Positions 37,205 to 50,668 of a stretch of DNA of 64,000 bases are shown piece after piece. Made by a program: the position numbers and the translations under genes. The stretch spans positions 235,664,001 through 235,728,000 of the forward strand of contig NC_058368.1 of the NCBI RefSeq assembly GCF_018350175.1, read 5' to 3'. The notes beneath the pieces were generated by a model that saw nothing but the letters and a program-made list of their open reading frames with translations, was not told where the DNA came from and ran no database searches. Source of the DNA: Felis catus (lineage: Eukaryota). Position 1 is the first letter of the stretch; every line of letters begins with the position of its first letter.

Positions 37205-37543
37205 GCTATGTTAGTCCTTTGGGCCGCTACAACATAATACCATAAATAGGGTAGCTGGCAAACCACAGAAATGTATTTCTCACAGCTCTGGAGAAAATCC
37301 GCCGTGGCTGGTGAGGGACCCCTTCCTGATTCATAGGTGGCTGGGTGCCCTCCCGTGACAAAAGGGTGGACGGAGCCCTCTGGGGTTTATTTTATAAAGG
37401 GCACAAATCCCATTTGTGAGAACTCCACCCTCATGACCAAATTTCTTCCAGAGTCTCCACCTCCTGACACTATCACCTTGGGGATTAGGATTTAGTATAC
37501 GAATTTTGGGGGAGGGGGAAGCCCATGCATTCAGTCCATAGGA
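37205..37543 (-). mobile_element. MaLR LTR (MLT1A-like)
   Basis: cagaaatgtatttctcacagctctggag; ctccaccctcatgacc; cattcagtccatag. Confidence 0.85.
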
Positions 37544-38459
37544 GATGTTACCTGCTGACTGTGCATCTTCTCACAGCCAAGGGAAATGTAACTGTTTCAA
37601 TACTTACGTTTTCTCTTGCAATACTGATGAGTTAAAGACATCAAGGAAAGAGTGTGTTGAAAAACATCATGTTTGTGTTTAACTATTTGCAGTACCCAAA
37701 CGTCTTTCATCAGATGCATATGTGCAAACGTGCACAGGAAGAGGGATGTCTGGGGTGCCTGGGATAGAAGCGCTCATTTCATTCGGGAGCGCAAAGGGCG
37801 GGAACGCGAGAAAGTGTGATTTGGGCAGATAGTCAAAATGAATGAGGTTAGAAGTCGACATTGAATCCCATTAGAAATCGATAGTTAGAAATCGACATTC
37901 AATTACAGCCATTCTGGCTGTAAAATATCAAGCACATCAAATACTCTATCAATGAAGCATCTACTGAAAACTCAATCTGCGTGCCACCCAGGTAAGCGGT
38001 TTGCTATTAAATGACCGTGCTGATTACAATCTCACGATTCCTTAATCAGAACTGAGAAACAGTAGAGCATTTGAGATTAAGGAAGTGGTTCGTGAGCCTT
38101 CAGTACAAGCTGGCATAAGCCATTTCTGGAGTGAATGCCATGTCTGGTATTTGCAAGACCTCCCCCATTTCTCTTTCAGAAGCTAATATGCCCCCCAGGA
38201 TTTGGTTCGTTTATGGTCAGTCCTGTCGTCTCCAGGTAAATAGGTCCCGGAAGAGTCCGTCAGGCCCCCAGCGCTCCGGAACCCCAGAGGTCGTGGGGCC
38301 GGCTCTGTGTGAGGGTTTCTGGAGCGGATGCCACAGCGGCATTCGCTGATTTCTAAGTTCCCGTTGAAATGTACGATTTTGTGGTGCTAATATTTTGTAA
38401 AGCCATCAGAAGGTAGAAGTTAGGTGTTTCTGTTACCTTGCTGTTCTGTTGGTGCAGAA

Positions 38460-38677
38460 CAGTGATTCTCAAAGGGGGACAAGATTGCCCCCCAGGGGAC
38501 ATGTAGCCCTGTCTGGAGACATTTGCTGTTGTCAGTGTCGGGAGAGGGGGCTGCTGGCACGAAAAAGGCAGAAGGGGGAGGTGCTGCACGGTGACCTGCA
38601 GGGCACGGGCAGCTCTCACCCCCAACCAAGGAGCATCCAGTCCCAAATATTAATACTGCCAAGGCCGAGAAACCAGG
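38460..38677. mobile_element. MER20 (hAT-Charlie MITE)
   Basis: cagtgattctcaa...caggggacat...tgtctggagacattt...tgccaaggccgagaaacc. Confidence 0.85.
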
Positions 38678-39660
38678 ATTTTGAACCAGCCGTCTGGACA
38701 GCAGTCACCAGCCATCTTCAATGTGGGTTCCATGCGATGAACAATACAGAAGTTCCAGGCTGAGGACAGGGCGCCGAAGTTTGACCCCTGAAGCCCTTAC
38801 GTATTTTGGGTTGGAAAACGTAAGCGAGACGTTGATTTGTACCGCGGTGACACGAGAGGCTTTACAGGAGGCTTTCCACGAGAGAGTGAACGAGCCGGAC
38901 AACGAGCAAGTGACGGGGCCAGAGACCTCTCTCAGAACCTGGCCTTGTGGCTGAGACCCTGTCTCATTCTCTAGGGCACAGAATTCTGGAGGGTTTGCGC
39001 ACCTGGGAAGTCACGGGCGCACGGACAGCAGGCTGCAGTGTCGCCATCGGTCATACAGGCTACTTTCACAGATGGTCCAGGCACGGACGTATTCCGGTTT
39101 GAGATTATTATTCTTTTTTACTCATTTTTACTTAATAAAAATAAACAACAAATTAATAACAAATTAATGCATAAAAAATAAATAATAAAATAATAAATTA
39201 GACGTAACAAATTACTCGTACTAAAGGAAATAGTGGCAGGCGTCTTAGAAATAGCTTTTCCGCACAAGTCCCGGCAAACAAGAGGGACTTGCTTATTCTT
39301 GAGGCGGATCTGTTCTCCACGAACACACCTGCGCCTAAACACGCCTGACAGTCCCGTTCAGCTCTGGCAGGACTTACCGCCGTGTGTGAAGCAGGCGGTA
39401 GTAACACGTCCCCGCTTCCAAGTGCCAGATGCGCCTTTCACAACTGTTGGACCCCTGGGTTCTCGGAGGAGAACGTACACCAGAACCACAACACCACCAC
39501 GGTAACCACGAGGGCATAATCAGCACCGACAGCCAGACTTGTTTGGGCTTTACTTTTTCATTGTCGTGTGTTTAGCACACTTTGTTGGTGATAGTGGTTG
39601 TCTTCTGAATTGCTATGACTGCAGGTGGTTTTTCAGAAGACGGTGTTAGGGCGTACCATG

Positions 39661-39702
<42 letters not shown>
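39661..39702. repeat. (CA)n microsatellite
   Basis: Direct reading. Confidence 0.95.
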
Positions 39703-39704
<2 letters not shown>

Positions 39705-41156
39705 CTTGTGCAGCCAGCCCATACCTGGCACGGTAGTCAAGGTAAGGCTAATGCGTGATGGCTCCAAGGCGTGGAAGCTTATGTCTTACCCTCACTCTCT
39801 CACGTAAAATCCCAAAACGGTGTTCCTGGCGAGTGAGGAGCCCTTCCCCGGTCAGTGATTCGGGAAAACCTGCACTTCCCATCTTGGATTGATCGTCTCC
39901 AAGTTGGCGTGCCCGTCTACACCAAGTCAGCGGGTGAAGAAAGAGCATGGAGACTCTTGGGTGGAGAGGTCTCGTGCGTTGGGTCTTCACATGTTGTTGA
40001 GTACCTCATGTCTGCCCATGTCCCCGGGCTTGAGCTTCGTCAATTCCGTGGCCACATCTAGCTGCCGGGGACTCTGTAAAATGCCATGCCCCCGAGTGCT
40101 CAGGAAGAAAATGGCGCGGGTTAGGTGAACAGCTAACTGGTTTGCCACACCCGGTTCCAATTCTTACCTCATCCTCACCAACAGTGTGATGTTTTAAAAA
40201 ACAAAAACCCTCCGACTCTTTTCATTCTGGTCTCTTCCGTAATATGTTCAGAGACATGGGCTCCGTGAACTGTAGGGGGTCTCATTCAACGCTGAAGTTC
40301 AATGCCAAATTAATCAAGAATAATTGTCCGCCACAAGGGCGGGTAGGGTACTGGTCCCCGAACACAGGAAAAAACCATCACCAAGGTACGTAAAAATCAT
40401 CCTTGGAAGCTTTCATTTCTGGAATTAGAGGGGAGCAAAGAGGAAGAGGATGTAAATTTTGCCGCAAGGCCGCGTGGCAAGACTCATGTTTGGCTTGGCA
40501 CAGGTGAGTTGTGTCTGAGAGCCCTGACCAAGTCCTGAAAGCATTCTACTGGAAAAAACCTTTAAAGGTCAGCCGAGCCCATATACTTTTCCGAAATGTA
40601 TTTGTAAACAATGATTTCTTCAGTGAGAACTGCTGCGACCTCCTGGGGCTTTTGCACGAAGGCCGTGTTTTCCCAGCAGAGAATCTGCCTTTGATCCCCA
40701 GCGGGTCTCAGGATCCGATGCTGCGTTTTCACCTGGAACCCACTGAGTGTGGTGTGCAGCTCCAGCTGATCTGGTTTCGGATGGAAACTACCGTGTTCAC
40801 GTTCGCTAGGCCATCTAGAAAGTGCAGGGCAGGCCGGTGAGTAAAGGTGCCACCTGTCAAACTCTCTATCGTTGTTTCTAGGCAGCACCAACGAGTCAGG
40901 CATCAGGAGGCCCTTCCCCAGCCCCGGCCAGGTTACAAGCCGCTGTCATCCTGTTGAACACTTTGTGCTTCTGAATTCTCAGACTAAACAGTGTGCTCAA
41001 CAACAGAGCAAGCAGACACATACAACATGGAGTTGTTAAATGATATAAATACCAGCTTACAGTTGCCGGCTTACAGAACAACAAAACAAAGCACTAGGAT
41101 GATTTCAAAGGAATGATTCACAAAGCACAGTCATATGAATTTACGTGGTAAATTGA

Positions 41157-41390
41157 GGGGCGCCCGGGGGGGGCGGCGCTCAGTCGGTTGAGCATCCAAC
41201 TCTTGATTTTCGGCTCAGGTCATGATCCCAGGGTCACGGGATCCAGCCCTGCCTTGGGCTCTGCACTGAGTGTGGAGTCTGCTTAAGATATTCTCTGTCC
41301 CTCCCCCTCTGCCCCTGTCCCCCACTTGCACTCTCTCTCTCTAAAATAAAAATAAATAAGTAGAAATAAAATATAAAAAAAATTAAAAAA
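41157..41390 (+). mobile_element. Older Can-SINE
   Basis: SINE body; TSD tggtaaattga. Confidence 0.9.
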
Positions 41391-41995
41391 CGATCGCTGG
41401 TAAATTGAAAAAAAAAATCACTTGACGATCATCGGTTGTCCTGGGTCCTTTTAGAACGGGCTCTAGACTCGCCTCAGTCACAGAAAAGTTCCTCCGGTCT
41501 AAGAGATGTGGGTGTGTCAGACGCAGAGCCTCCCCCAGGATTGGCAAATCTACCTTTATTTAGACGTGAGGAGATAGGACAGGTGTCTCAGATCGGTAAC
41601 AGCATGTCGTCGGGGTACTGTGACGTGGGTGAGTCGCCTTGGGTGGCATTAACTCCAACTCATTCTGAAAATGGAACAGAAAATAAGATACTGGCGAGAG
41701 TTGGAGTTGCTGTCCTCGTAACAGGGTGGAATTGTCTGGATTCCTGGAAGCACACGGTGGTGGTGGCCATATACAAGAGTTGGGTCACCTGCTCGGTTGT
41801 CCCATTTATCTGATCTGGGATGACAACGGGGTATCGATGAGCTATTTACCCGAGAAGTTGATGAATCAGCTTATCTCTGGCCTTTTCACAGAAATGATTT
41901 AATGCAGCTAGCAAAAATATTTTCAATACAACAAAGTAAAACGATGCCTAAAAGTGATAAATGAGGAGAACCAGAAAACAAAAGAAGAAGGTGGA

Positions 41996-42208
41996 GGGGC
42001 GCCTGGGTGGCTCAGTCGGTTAAGCGTCCGACTTCGGCTCCGGTCACGATCTCACGGTTCATGAGTTCGAGCCCTGCATCGGGCTCTGTGTGGACAGCTT
42101 GGAGTCTGGAGCCTGCTTTGGATTCTGGGTCTCCCTCTCTCTCTCTGCCCTGCCTCCACTCATGTCCTGTCTCTCTCACTCTCAAAAATAAATAAACATT
42201 AAAAAAAA
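41996..42208 (+). mobile_element. Can-SINE
   Basis: Canonical head, body and tail. Confidence 0.95.
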
Positions 42209-42397
42209 GGAAATTGGAAGACATGAGTGCCCCCACACCCATCACGCCCTATAGAAGTATTTACTTGTCTTTCAATTTTGAAACAAAACAAAGCAAAACA
42301 AAACAATGGGAAGCTATTCCTCTTGCCGGTTTTCCCCTGGGCTTTCACAACTGTCTTTCTGCCAGTTTCCTCCCCTTAAACTGATTCCTGCATCTAT

Positions 42398-42645
42398 GCT
42401 AGACTCACAGGACTCAGAAAAGCTGGTTTCCTCCCAGAGAGTTTACTGCGGCAAACGATGCAGGGTAAAATCATGCAAGACAAGAGACGCGGGGCCGTGT
42501 CTGGGGGAAGCTAGGAGCCTGCTCCTGGAGGACGCACCTGCTTCTCCCAGCAACAAGGTGTGACTGCACTGTGACGTGTGGCCGATCAGGAACGTTCACC
42601 TGAGCCTGGGGTCCAGTGTCCTCCCTGGGGCTCCGTCACGTGGGC
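42398..42645. mobile_element. ERVL-type LTR fragment (MER21/MER68/MER77 group)
   Basis: gactcacaggactcagaaaag...gtaaaatca...tcacctgagcctggggtccag...gtcacgtggg. Confidence 0.55.
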
Positions 42646-42854
42646 CCTAAGTGCTTGTATGTTGAGGTTCTTTGTTCTTTGAGTCTCTAGAATTCCTGCA
42701 GCAGGCGTGGCTTTAGCTGTTCTGGGTTTTCACCATTCCAGGGTGCTGGGGCGTTTCTACCAGACAGCGGGTCACAGGACGTCGAAGCTTCCAAACGGTA
42801 GGTGGGGGAGCCTGCCGGTGAGTTTCAGTTGGGGAGGATCTCGTGTTGGTTTTT

Positions 42855-43308
42855 CTTTTTTAACATTTATTTATTTATTTATTTATTTATTTTATTAAAA
42901 AAAATTTTTTTTTCAACGTTTATTTATCTTTGGGACAGCGAGAGACAGAGCATGAACGGGGGAGGGGCAGAGAGAGAGGGAGACACAGAATCGGAAACAG
43001 GCTCCAGGCTCTGAGCCATCGGCCCAGAGCCCGACGCGGGGCTCGAACTCACGGACCGCGAGATCGTGACCTGGCTGAAGTCGGACGCCCAACCGACTGC
43101 GCCACCCAGGCGCCCCAACATTTATTTATTTTTGAAAGAGAGAGAAAGACAGCATAAGCGGGGAAGGGGCAAAGAGAGAGAGGGAGACACAGAATCTGAA
43201 GCAGGCTCCAGGCTCGGAGCTGTCAGCACAGAGCCTGACGTGGGGCTGGAGCCCATGAAGCATGAGCTCTTGACCTGAGCTTAACCGACTGAGCCACCCA
43301 GGCGCCCC
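42855..43308 (-). mobile_element. Two nested Can-SINEs: young copy (about 42877-43116) in the tail of an older copy
   Basis: Inner TSD aacatttatttattt; two heads ending at 43116 and 43308. Confidence 0.95.
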
Positions 43309-44374
43309 TCGCATTGCTTTTCTAATTAGTTTATAAGGCTTTATACTTTCTCCACTTCAGTCCCCCCCACGCTCACCTCCTGCTGTTCAATGCCCTAAAA
43401 ACCACGTCCTCTATTTCTGCCTCTGTGGGCGCATTCCCCCCACCATCCTGGTCTTAGCCGCCTCGGTTGCAAAGATACCAGGCTGTGTGGTTTCGGACAC
43501 TGATATGTAGCCCAGTAATCAACTGGGTTCCAGTTGGCTTTTTACTGCTTCTGGACTTGAGCCGCCGTGGGAGGATCCTCCCTGCTGGAGCTGGACACGG
43601 GGCACCGTGTGAGAAACCTCGGCCATGGGAGGTCTCAAGTGTGCTGCACCACACATGGGACCTCAGTGACCTCCTTTGTGGGTTTCTAGAAGGACCATTA
43701 TAGTTTCAGCGGCAAAAGGAATCATGAGTGACTTAGGATAATCTCTCTGAGTTTGGGAGACTGTAAGAGGCTCCGCAGTGTTCTGCAAAAGAAATTGAAG
43801 GAATGTCCACACAGTTGATTTCTGTCTTCCACTGGGGAGGTTTCAGTAACATACTGAAAAGGAAAATGCTATTTAGAGAGCAAAATCAGTACGATGCGAA
43901 GATTCTGCCTGCGCTAATAGGAGAGGACAGGTATTTCCGAAGGAAAAGAACAACACGAAAGTAATAACTTCAGTGTTGTTCTCACAGGGTTATAGAACAC
44001 CTTTGATTTTCAAGGCTCATTGCCTTGTATTGCCTTTTTTCTCATGGGTGTTACGAGAACCCAGGGAGACAAAGACAAATACAACTGTGTCTATATAATG
44101 GATGAGAAAATTGGAACATAGAATGTTTCATTTAAAAGTCCCTGGTCAGCAATGAAAGTGAGAATCAAGGCCATATTTAGCCATTCCCAGAATCTAAGAG
44201 TTATTCATTCAATCATAAAACAGTTTGAGATCCCTAGGAGCCAAGCTTTGCGCTAGCTGTGGGGGTGAGAAATGACTTTGATTCAGCCCAGCAAAAGATC
44301 CAGGCAGGAAAATTGATCTGAAAAAACTACAGCGTGATATGGGCTGTAATATCAATGCTTGCATTAATTATTAT

Positions 44375-44510
44375 TGATTCATTCATTACTTCCACAGGAA
44401 AGCGATGCAGAGCACCTGCAATATGGCGGACGTCGTGTTGAGTGTGGGCAATGGAGTTCAGAGCATGAGATGTGGGGCCTTTGTCTTCCTGGACTTTGTA
44501 TTCTGGTGAA
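44375..44510 (-). mobile_element. L2 3' fragment
   Basis: ttcattcatt...gagcacct...cctttgtcttcctggactttgtattctggtg. Confidence 0.5.
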
Positions 44511-45677
44511 AAAGCCCTGTTAATACACAAATACTTATCGTGACTATCGTCATAGAGCGCTGAGCAGGAGGGGCACAGGACACCGCGGGCAAGTTTGTAG
44601 AAGGTCCCAGAACTGTCAGAATGCAGGTGAGATTTGTCACTGGTGCTGATGGAAGCACAGCACTCATGTTACTATTACTTTTCTCTACCTTCTCAATATC
44701 AACTGATGAAAGAGGCCAAAAAAGAACAGGACGACGAACTGCCGTAAGAATCTGAGGGCCCGGGTGCCAGTCACCGCCTGACAAAGCGTTAGGGATGGAC
44801 AAGTTTTGGACAAAGCGTTAGGTCGGGCTGCGAGGTTCCTGGGGCCTTTTCCGGCATTAATGTCCCAGTTGCTCTCCAGAAGTCTCTTTCTTGAACATAC
44901 AAGCATTTGAAAGGGATGGTGTGAATCCATTTGAGTCATCTTTAACCTTATGTCCCAAGTTGTCCCTGGTAAACCCATAGGACTGGGGATGATGATGGCC
45001 TGAACCTACAGAGGTGAGCTCTCCGGCCCAAAGAGCATCCATTGCCCATAGAACAGCGTGGACGCGAAGTGGCCACGTTCAATATGGTGTATTCTTTGGG
45101 TGCCTAGTCAAACAGAGCATTTTGTAAACAGAGCATTTCTGCCTTTATTTGTGACGATACGACAGGGAATGACTTCATGGGTCTGACTTCCAGTCTGAAC
45201 ACAGATGTCTGAAAGGTGGGCACAACGTAAGGAGGGCCGGTCACTAGCTCATCGTCCCTCATGCTAGACAAGCCTGACATCCCTCCCTGAGAGCACTGTC
45301 CTGCTGCGGATGCCCCACGTACCCCAAACATTTGGAAAGCAATGCTATCCGTAGCGAGATGTTAACCCCTGCAGCATTAGGAGAGTAGCAGACTCTTAAT
45401 GGTAATGCAGATACCATTGAGAAACATCTTGGCAAGGAGGGTCGCTCAAAAGACCACAGACTACTTAACGCCATTGTCACACCTCCAGAATCGTGCTTCG
45501 TTCTTTCTGATCCCCGACTGTGATTAGTAACGCATTGTATTTTTGGACTTGAACATTGATTGAAAGCGTTGGAGTCCGTCTTTATCCTGGTGTATGTATA
45601 AAATCAGATTCCACTATTTCTGTTTCTCTTACGGTGCTTCACACACAGGTTTTCCACGCAGTGAGCGTGACCTAGAT

Positions 45678-45844
45678 CAGTGGTTCTCAAACTTCAGCAC
45701 GGAGCAGAATCGCTCAGAGGCTCCTTACGAGAAGACTGTGGAGGCTCAACCCTAGACTTTGTGACTCAGTCGGCCTGGAAGGGACTCTTGTTTCTCAGGG
45801 ATGCAGATACTACTGATCTGGGGGCCCCATGTTGGGACGCACTG
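45678..45844. mobile_element. MER5A-like hAT MITE
   Basis: cagtggttctcaaactt...tgactcagt...actgatctggggg...gcactg. Confidence 0.75.
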
Positions 45845-47099
45845 ATGTAGACTGCTTCCCAGTTGATGTGGACTGTGTTACCAGTGAGGTCTGGTGGAGA
45901 CTGTCCACCTTGTTATCTGCCATGGGACCAGAGTGCAGTGCCACATGACTGCCTCTTGGCAGACTTTCCTCATAACCCAGCGAGGGACATGTTAAAGGTG
46001 TTGAGGAGCACTGAAGCATTAAAAAGCATCCCTTGACTTGTACTTAAAATTTAAATATCAAAGCAAAATAAAAGAAGTGTCTTGGGTTTTACGTAGATTA
46101 CCCAGATTACGTAGTAGATTACGTAGATTACGTAGATTATATAGTAGAGGCAAAATCAGAATTCCCTCATGGGGACCGATCCATCCCTTAACCAAACAAA
46201 CTGATACTGCTGACTTTAGATGGACACGTTACTGTTTTAGATCACTGATACATATCTCAAATTCGAGATTTCTTTAAAAGAGCCTCCTCTGAAATTTTAA
46301 ATAAAAAAAAATGACTCAGCTTGCTTGACCTGAACGGCTTTAGTAAATCAACTACACACCCTGTTCAAAAATGTGTGGACTCAGGAGCTAAGAGCTTGCA
46401 TTGCAGAATAGTGAAGTAATGTTAAAAACAGAATCAACTCAACCCATTTCACTCCTCCTTTGCAGCTTCCGCCTTAACTTACAGGTGGCTTTCCAGAAGA
46501 ATAGGAACCAAGATTCCCAAGAGATATTCCAAACACGGCAGGATCTTGGAAAAACGGGTGGCATAGGAAATTCTTCCACCTTAGGTCCCTCGGAGAGATG
46601 CTCGCCCAGGCATGAAAGGAACATGTGCATGTTATGGTTCGTCAGTATTTTTATATTTTTACAACCTCGCAGTGAAACTTTCAAGGAACTATTTCTATCT
46701 CAATTAATAATGATTATTGTAATTCATATTCAAATTCGTTGGTTATTTTGAGAGGTTCTTAACAGCATGACCCATGAGAACGAAGTGAATATTTCACACT
46801 CCCGAATTTGACAATGTAATTTTTAAAGGTGCTTTCATAGTTTCTGATTTTGAAGAGGTGATTTGTGTACTCATCATCTCCGTGTTCCAGATTCTATTTT
46901 TTACAAATTATGGAAAGCCCATCCCATTCAATGCTTTCTTATTTCTTTCCGTTTATTTTCCAGGAAATTAAAGTGAGGAAGACAACCCCCTGGCAAGTTC
47001 TTCCCACTTTTCACTTTCTGGGAAACTCTCCCTGTTATTGTCAACCATCAGATGGGAGCACTTGACGTCTGCAGACCGAATAGAGAGAGAAAAGGATGA

Positions 47100-48625
47100 G
47101 TCGAGAAATTCGTAATAGTAACAGGAGACACAGAGAATGCAGGGACTCTTGACCACTGTTTTGTTTCCATCATCTTTGACTAGAAGAAAATGTTCAGGCT
47201 GGATGGTAAGAGGTGTTAGCCAAGAGGTCCTGAGCCCCCGGAGAGGCGTAGCAAGCAAACGAGCCATCAGACGCTCCCAGAAAGTACAAGACTTCAGCCC
47301 CACAAAAGTGAAAACTCACAGCCCCAGAATATGTGCAGATAATGATGGAGGAGTTATTTTTCCATGAGAAAATAGTGAATTGTAGGAGAGGAGCCAGATG
47401 AGTGGAGGAGGCAAATATTTTTCCCATTTCAAAATTGGAAAAAGGATGAATTCCAGAAACAATGGGCCGATCAGCTCAACAGTGACCACTGATAACAATG
47501 AAGAAGTAATTATTAACAGTCCACTGAGCACTTAAAAAGATGAGCCATCATGAGATCTGGTCCAATTAGTTTCACAAAGGCAGCATGTTTTCTCTTTGTG
47601 TTTAGTAAATTCACTTTGCTGGGTTCTGGTTAAAGATCAATGAAGAGCCATACTTGAACTTGCAAAGTTCATTCCAGCTTTGCAGTAGACACCATCTTCG
47701 ATTCTGGGCTTCCTCCTCCAGCCTGGCCCTGTAGCTGTCCCTTCGATATTCTCTGGCACTGGATGCCACCACAATTCAATAGGTCACAACTGCCTTGACG
47801 TTCTACTCAAAGAATGCCACTAATTAATTGGTGTCAACCAAAGGAGAAAGCCTTAAAACACATAGGAGTGTTTCCTGTTCTTTCTCACGTGTTAACTTCT
47901 TGAGGACACAAGACAAAACAGAACAAAACAGAAAAACAAAAAACAAAAAAAAACCACAACAAAACATGCTTATAAGATTAGCACATGACCTGAAAGGTCA
48001 AGGGAGGGATTGTTGATGATATAACGGGTGAAGCTGAAGAATCGAGCTTCAGAATTATTCAAAACAAGGGAACTGGGACCAGGATGAAATTTAACGGGGC
48101 GATGTAAAGTTAGGGGCTTTCTAGGAATTCATGGGTAAGTTGTTCATAAAATTGCCAGCAATCAGAACTTCGTACTACTTCCAAATTAAAGCTCATGAAA
48201 CCTGAGTGTGCATTTATGGAAGCGATGGTGTCTTGACTTCAGGGGGTAGTGGGGGCACTGGAGGCTACACCCCCACAGAGGATGCAGGATGTGAGCATGA
48301 ACGGGAGGCCGTGCCCTACAAGGAGCGCCTGATGCCTGTCACCTCAGCAGATAGGACTTGAATGTGACTGGAGCAGTGGGGGGATGGTGCCCGCTGTGCC
48401 ACAGGTCACCAGGGGCACAAGATGATACATTTCAACAGGAATCGGATCATGGCTTAGCCACAGAGAAAGTGCACCTACAAAACACTCCCATGACACAGGG
48501 AGTCACTTGTCCTGAAATGTATTCAAGTCAAGGCTGGAAATGATGTAGAGTGGATCCTGTATAGAGGCAAGGGAACAGCATTGGCCCAGCTGATTCCAGG
48601 CCCTTCCAGCTCCCGGATTCTATCC
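47100..48625 (+). mobile_element. Ancient L3/CR1 LINE remnants (RT region to 3' end)
   Basis: GEEPDEWRR..GKRMNSRNNGPISST resembles GEVPEDWRRA..GKKEDPGNYRPVSLT; MLIRLAHDLK resembles LIKFADDTK; aggatgaaatttaac; terminal cccttccagctcccggattctat. Confidence 0.75.
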
Positions 48626-48687
48626 TCCCATGATCCAGCTGGCCAGGTGCTCAAGGCTCTCTCCAGCCTGCTTGCATACATGTGGGT

Positions 48688-48689
<2 letters not shown>

Positions 48690-48723
<34 letters not shown>
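48690..48723. repeat. (CA)n microsatellite
   Basis: Direct reading. Confidence 0.95.
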
Positions 48724-48725
<2 letters not shown>

Positions 48726-50414
48726 AGGAAGAGCCCAACTTGGAGGAGACGAGAGATGCCCGAGTCCTATCCCAAGCCTGTGACTGTGGGCTCTTTATCC
48801 AAAGTCTAATGCTTTCCAGAGACCGTCCAGCGACACAGCATCGTGTCTGTGGGGTTTTCCACTCACATTTCCTGTCACTGTAACAAGAGCTGGTTGGGTA
48901 TAATGAGTTCGTTGTCAGGTTTTAATTAGACTTCGGTTTCATTATGGCTTCTCCCCCTCTTTGCTTCCATTTGTTTCCTATGGCAGCACTTTGGATGCTG
49001 AAGTAAGGTTTGTCTCACGTCCAGCTTCTGAATTAGGATCGCGTGGGCTCTGAAAACCCGATGAAAATGTCTGTAGACATTTCAATTAATGAAGGAACCT
49101 TATATTGTGATGGGTGATTTTTTTAATTGCTTCCACAAGAAGGGAACAGCACTTTTTTTTTTTCTGGACAAAACAAAAAACATAATAGAGGGGAAATGTA
49201 ATAGATGCAACATTGGAGACTTAATTGGAGGAGACGTGGAATTCATTGTCTTTGCATCTCCTTTTATAAAGCGAAATGGACAGTCGTGAAACATTTTGAA
49301 AAGTATGAAGTAGTTATGATAACACTCTTTTATGAAACCTGGTAAAATTTAATAATTGGCAATAATAAACCCAGAAATCATCCCACATTCTACCTCTGAG
49401 GAATCAGCTTGCAAACTACATTAGAATTCTATGTTTACTCTTTTTTTCACAAGGGAACATGATGCGAAAGAACAAAGAGCTGCGTGAGTCGCTGGTGTCC
49501 TCATCTCCTTAGAATTCTGACAGTCACCAGATCGTGGCCTCGGCTATAGTCTTCATTCCTCCATGCACGCATTCATTCATTAACCCACTCATCGCTTTTT
49601 TACGTGCCTCCTTTAATGGTGCCTTTCTTCTTTCTGGTTTTCCTCGTTCTGGTGGTGTGGATGATGATCCACATATCCCGGAGCTGTTGATCTTTAAGCC
49701 TCACAGAAGGATCTTTCCAAAAATGCACAAAGCGGGACTGTTCCTTCAGATGGACGATGACAAGATGGCGGTCTTTTCTACAGGCTCAGGTCACCCGAGT
49801 GAGCAACCAAAGCCACGGTGAACTTGAGGGGCGCCAGTGGGGGACGCGTGCTGTACATTCTCAAGTTCTTGCTGTTCACGCTCTGGCTGCCATTTACTGT
49901 GCTGAGCGTAGAAGGGAAACTGAGACTCCGTTGTCCAGGGTGGGGGATACACTGTGGTACGTTCAATAGCGTATGTGCTGTTTGCTGTAAAGCCACACGC
50001 TCTTCAAATACCAGGGAAACGTCCTGAAGAAGGTTCCAATGAGATGGATGTTTTTACTCCGGGTCATTGCAACTGGGCGAGCATAACTAAGTCCTGAACC
50101 AAATGCAGTTTTGCGGAGTGGGATTCAGCCAAGGAAATTTAAGAAGATGCAAACATTTAATCCTCGGTATTAGAAATGTGCTCCTCATTTAAACCTCCTT
50201 TGAACTAGAGTGTAAAACGATCAGAAGGAAGAGTTGAATACACTGTGATAGACCCATTTATGTGGGCCATCTGAGATGGAAATAAAGCGGGGGTCCCTGA
50301 GGGTCTAAGCACAGAAATGGGACATCTTATAAGGAAAATGACTGGTCTTGTCAATGTGATATTAGCATGATTAAGAAGGAAAGCCCACTTCTTACAGCAC
50401 AAAGCTGAAGTTAT

Positions 50415-50668
50415 TTATTTTATTTATATATATATATATTTATTTATATAATAATTTTAGTCTTTACATATTTATTTTGAGACAGAGAGAGAGAGAGAAA
50501 GAAAGAGCGAGTGCATGCACTTGGGGGGAGAGGCAGAGAGAAGGAGACAGAGAGAATCCCAAGCAGGTTTCATGCTGCCAGCACGGAGCCCGATGAGGGG
50601 CTCGAGCTCACCAACCTTGAGATCATGACCTGAGCTGAAATCAAGAGCCGAATCACCCAGGAGCCCCC
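50415..50668 (-). mobile_element. Can-SINE
   Basis: SINE body; TSD caaagc(t/a)gaagt(t/c)att. Confidence 0.9.
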
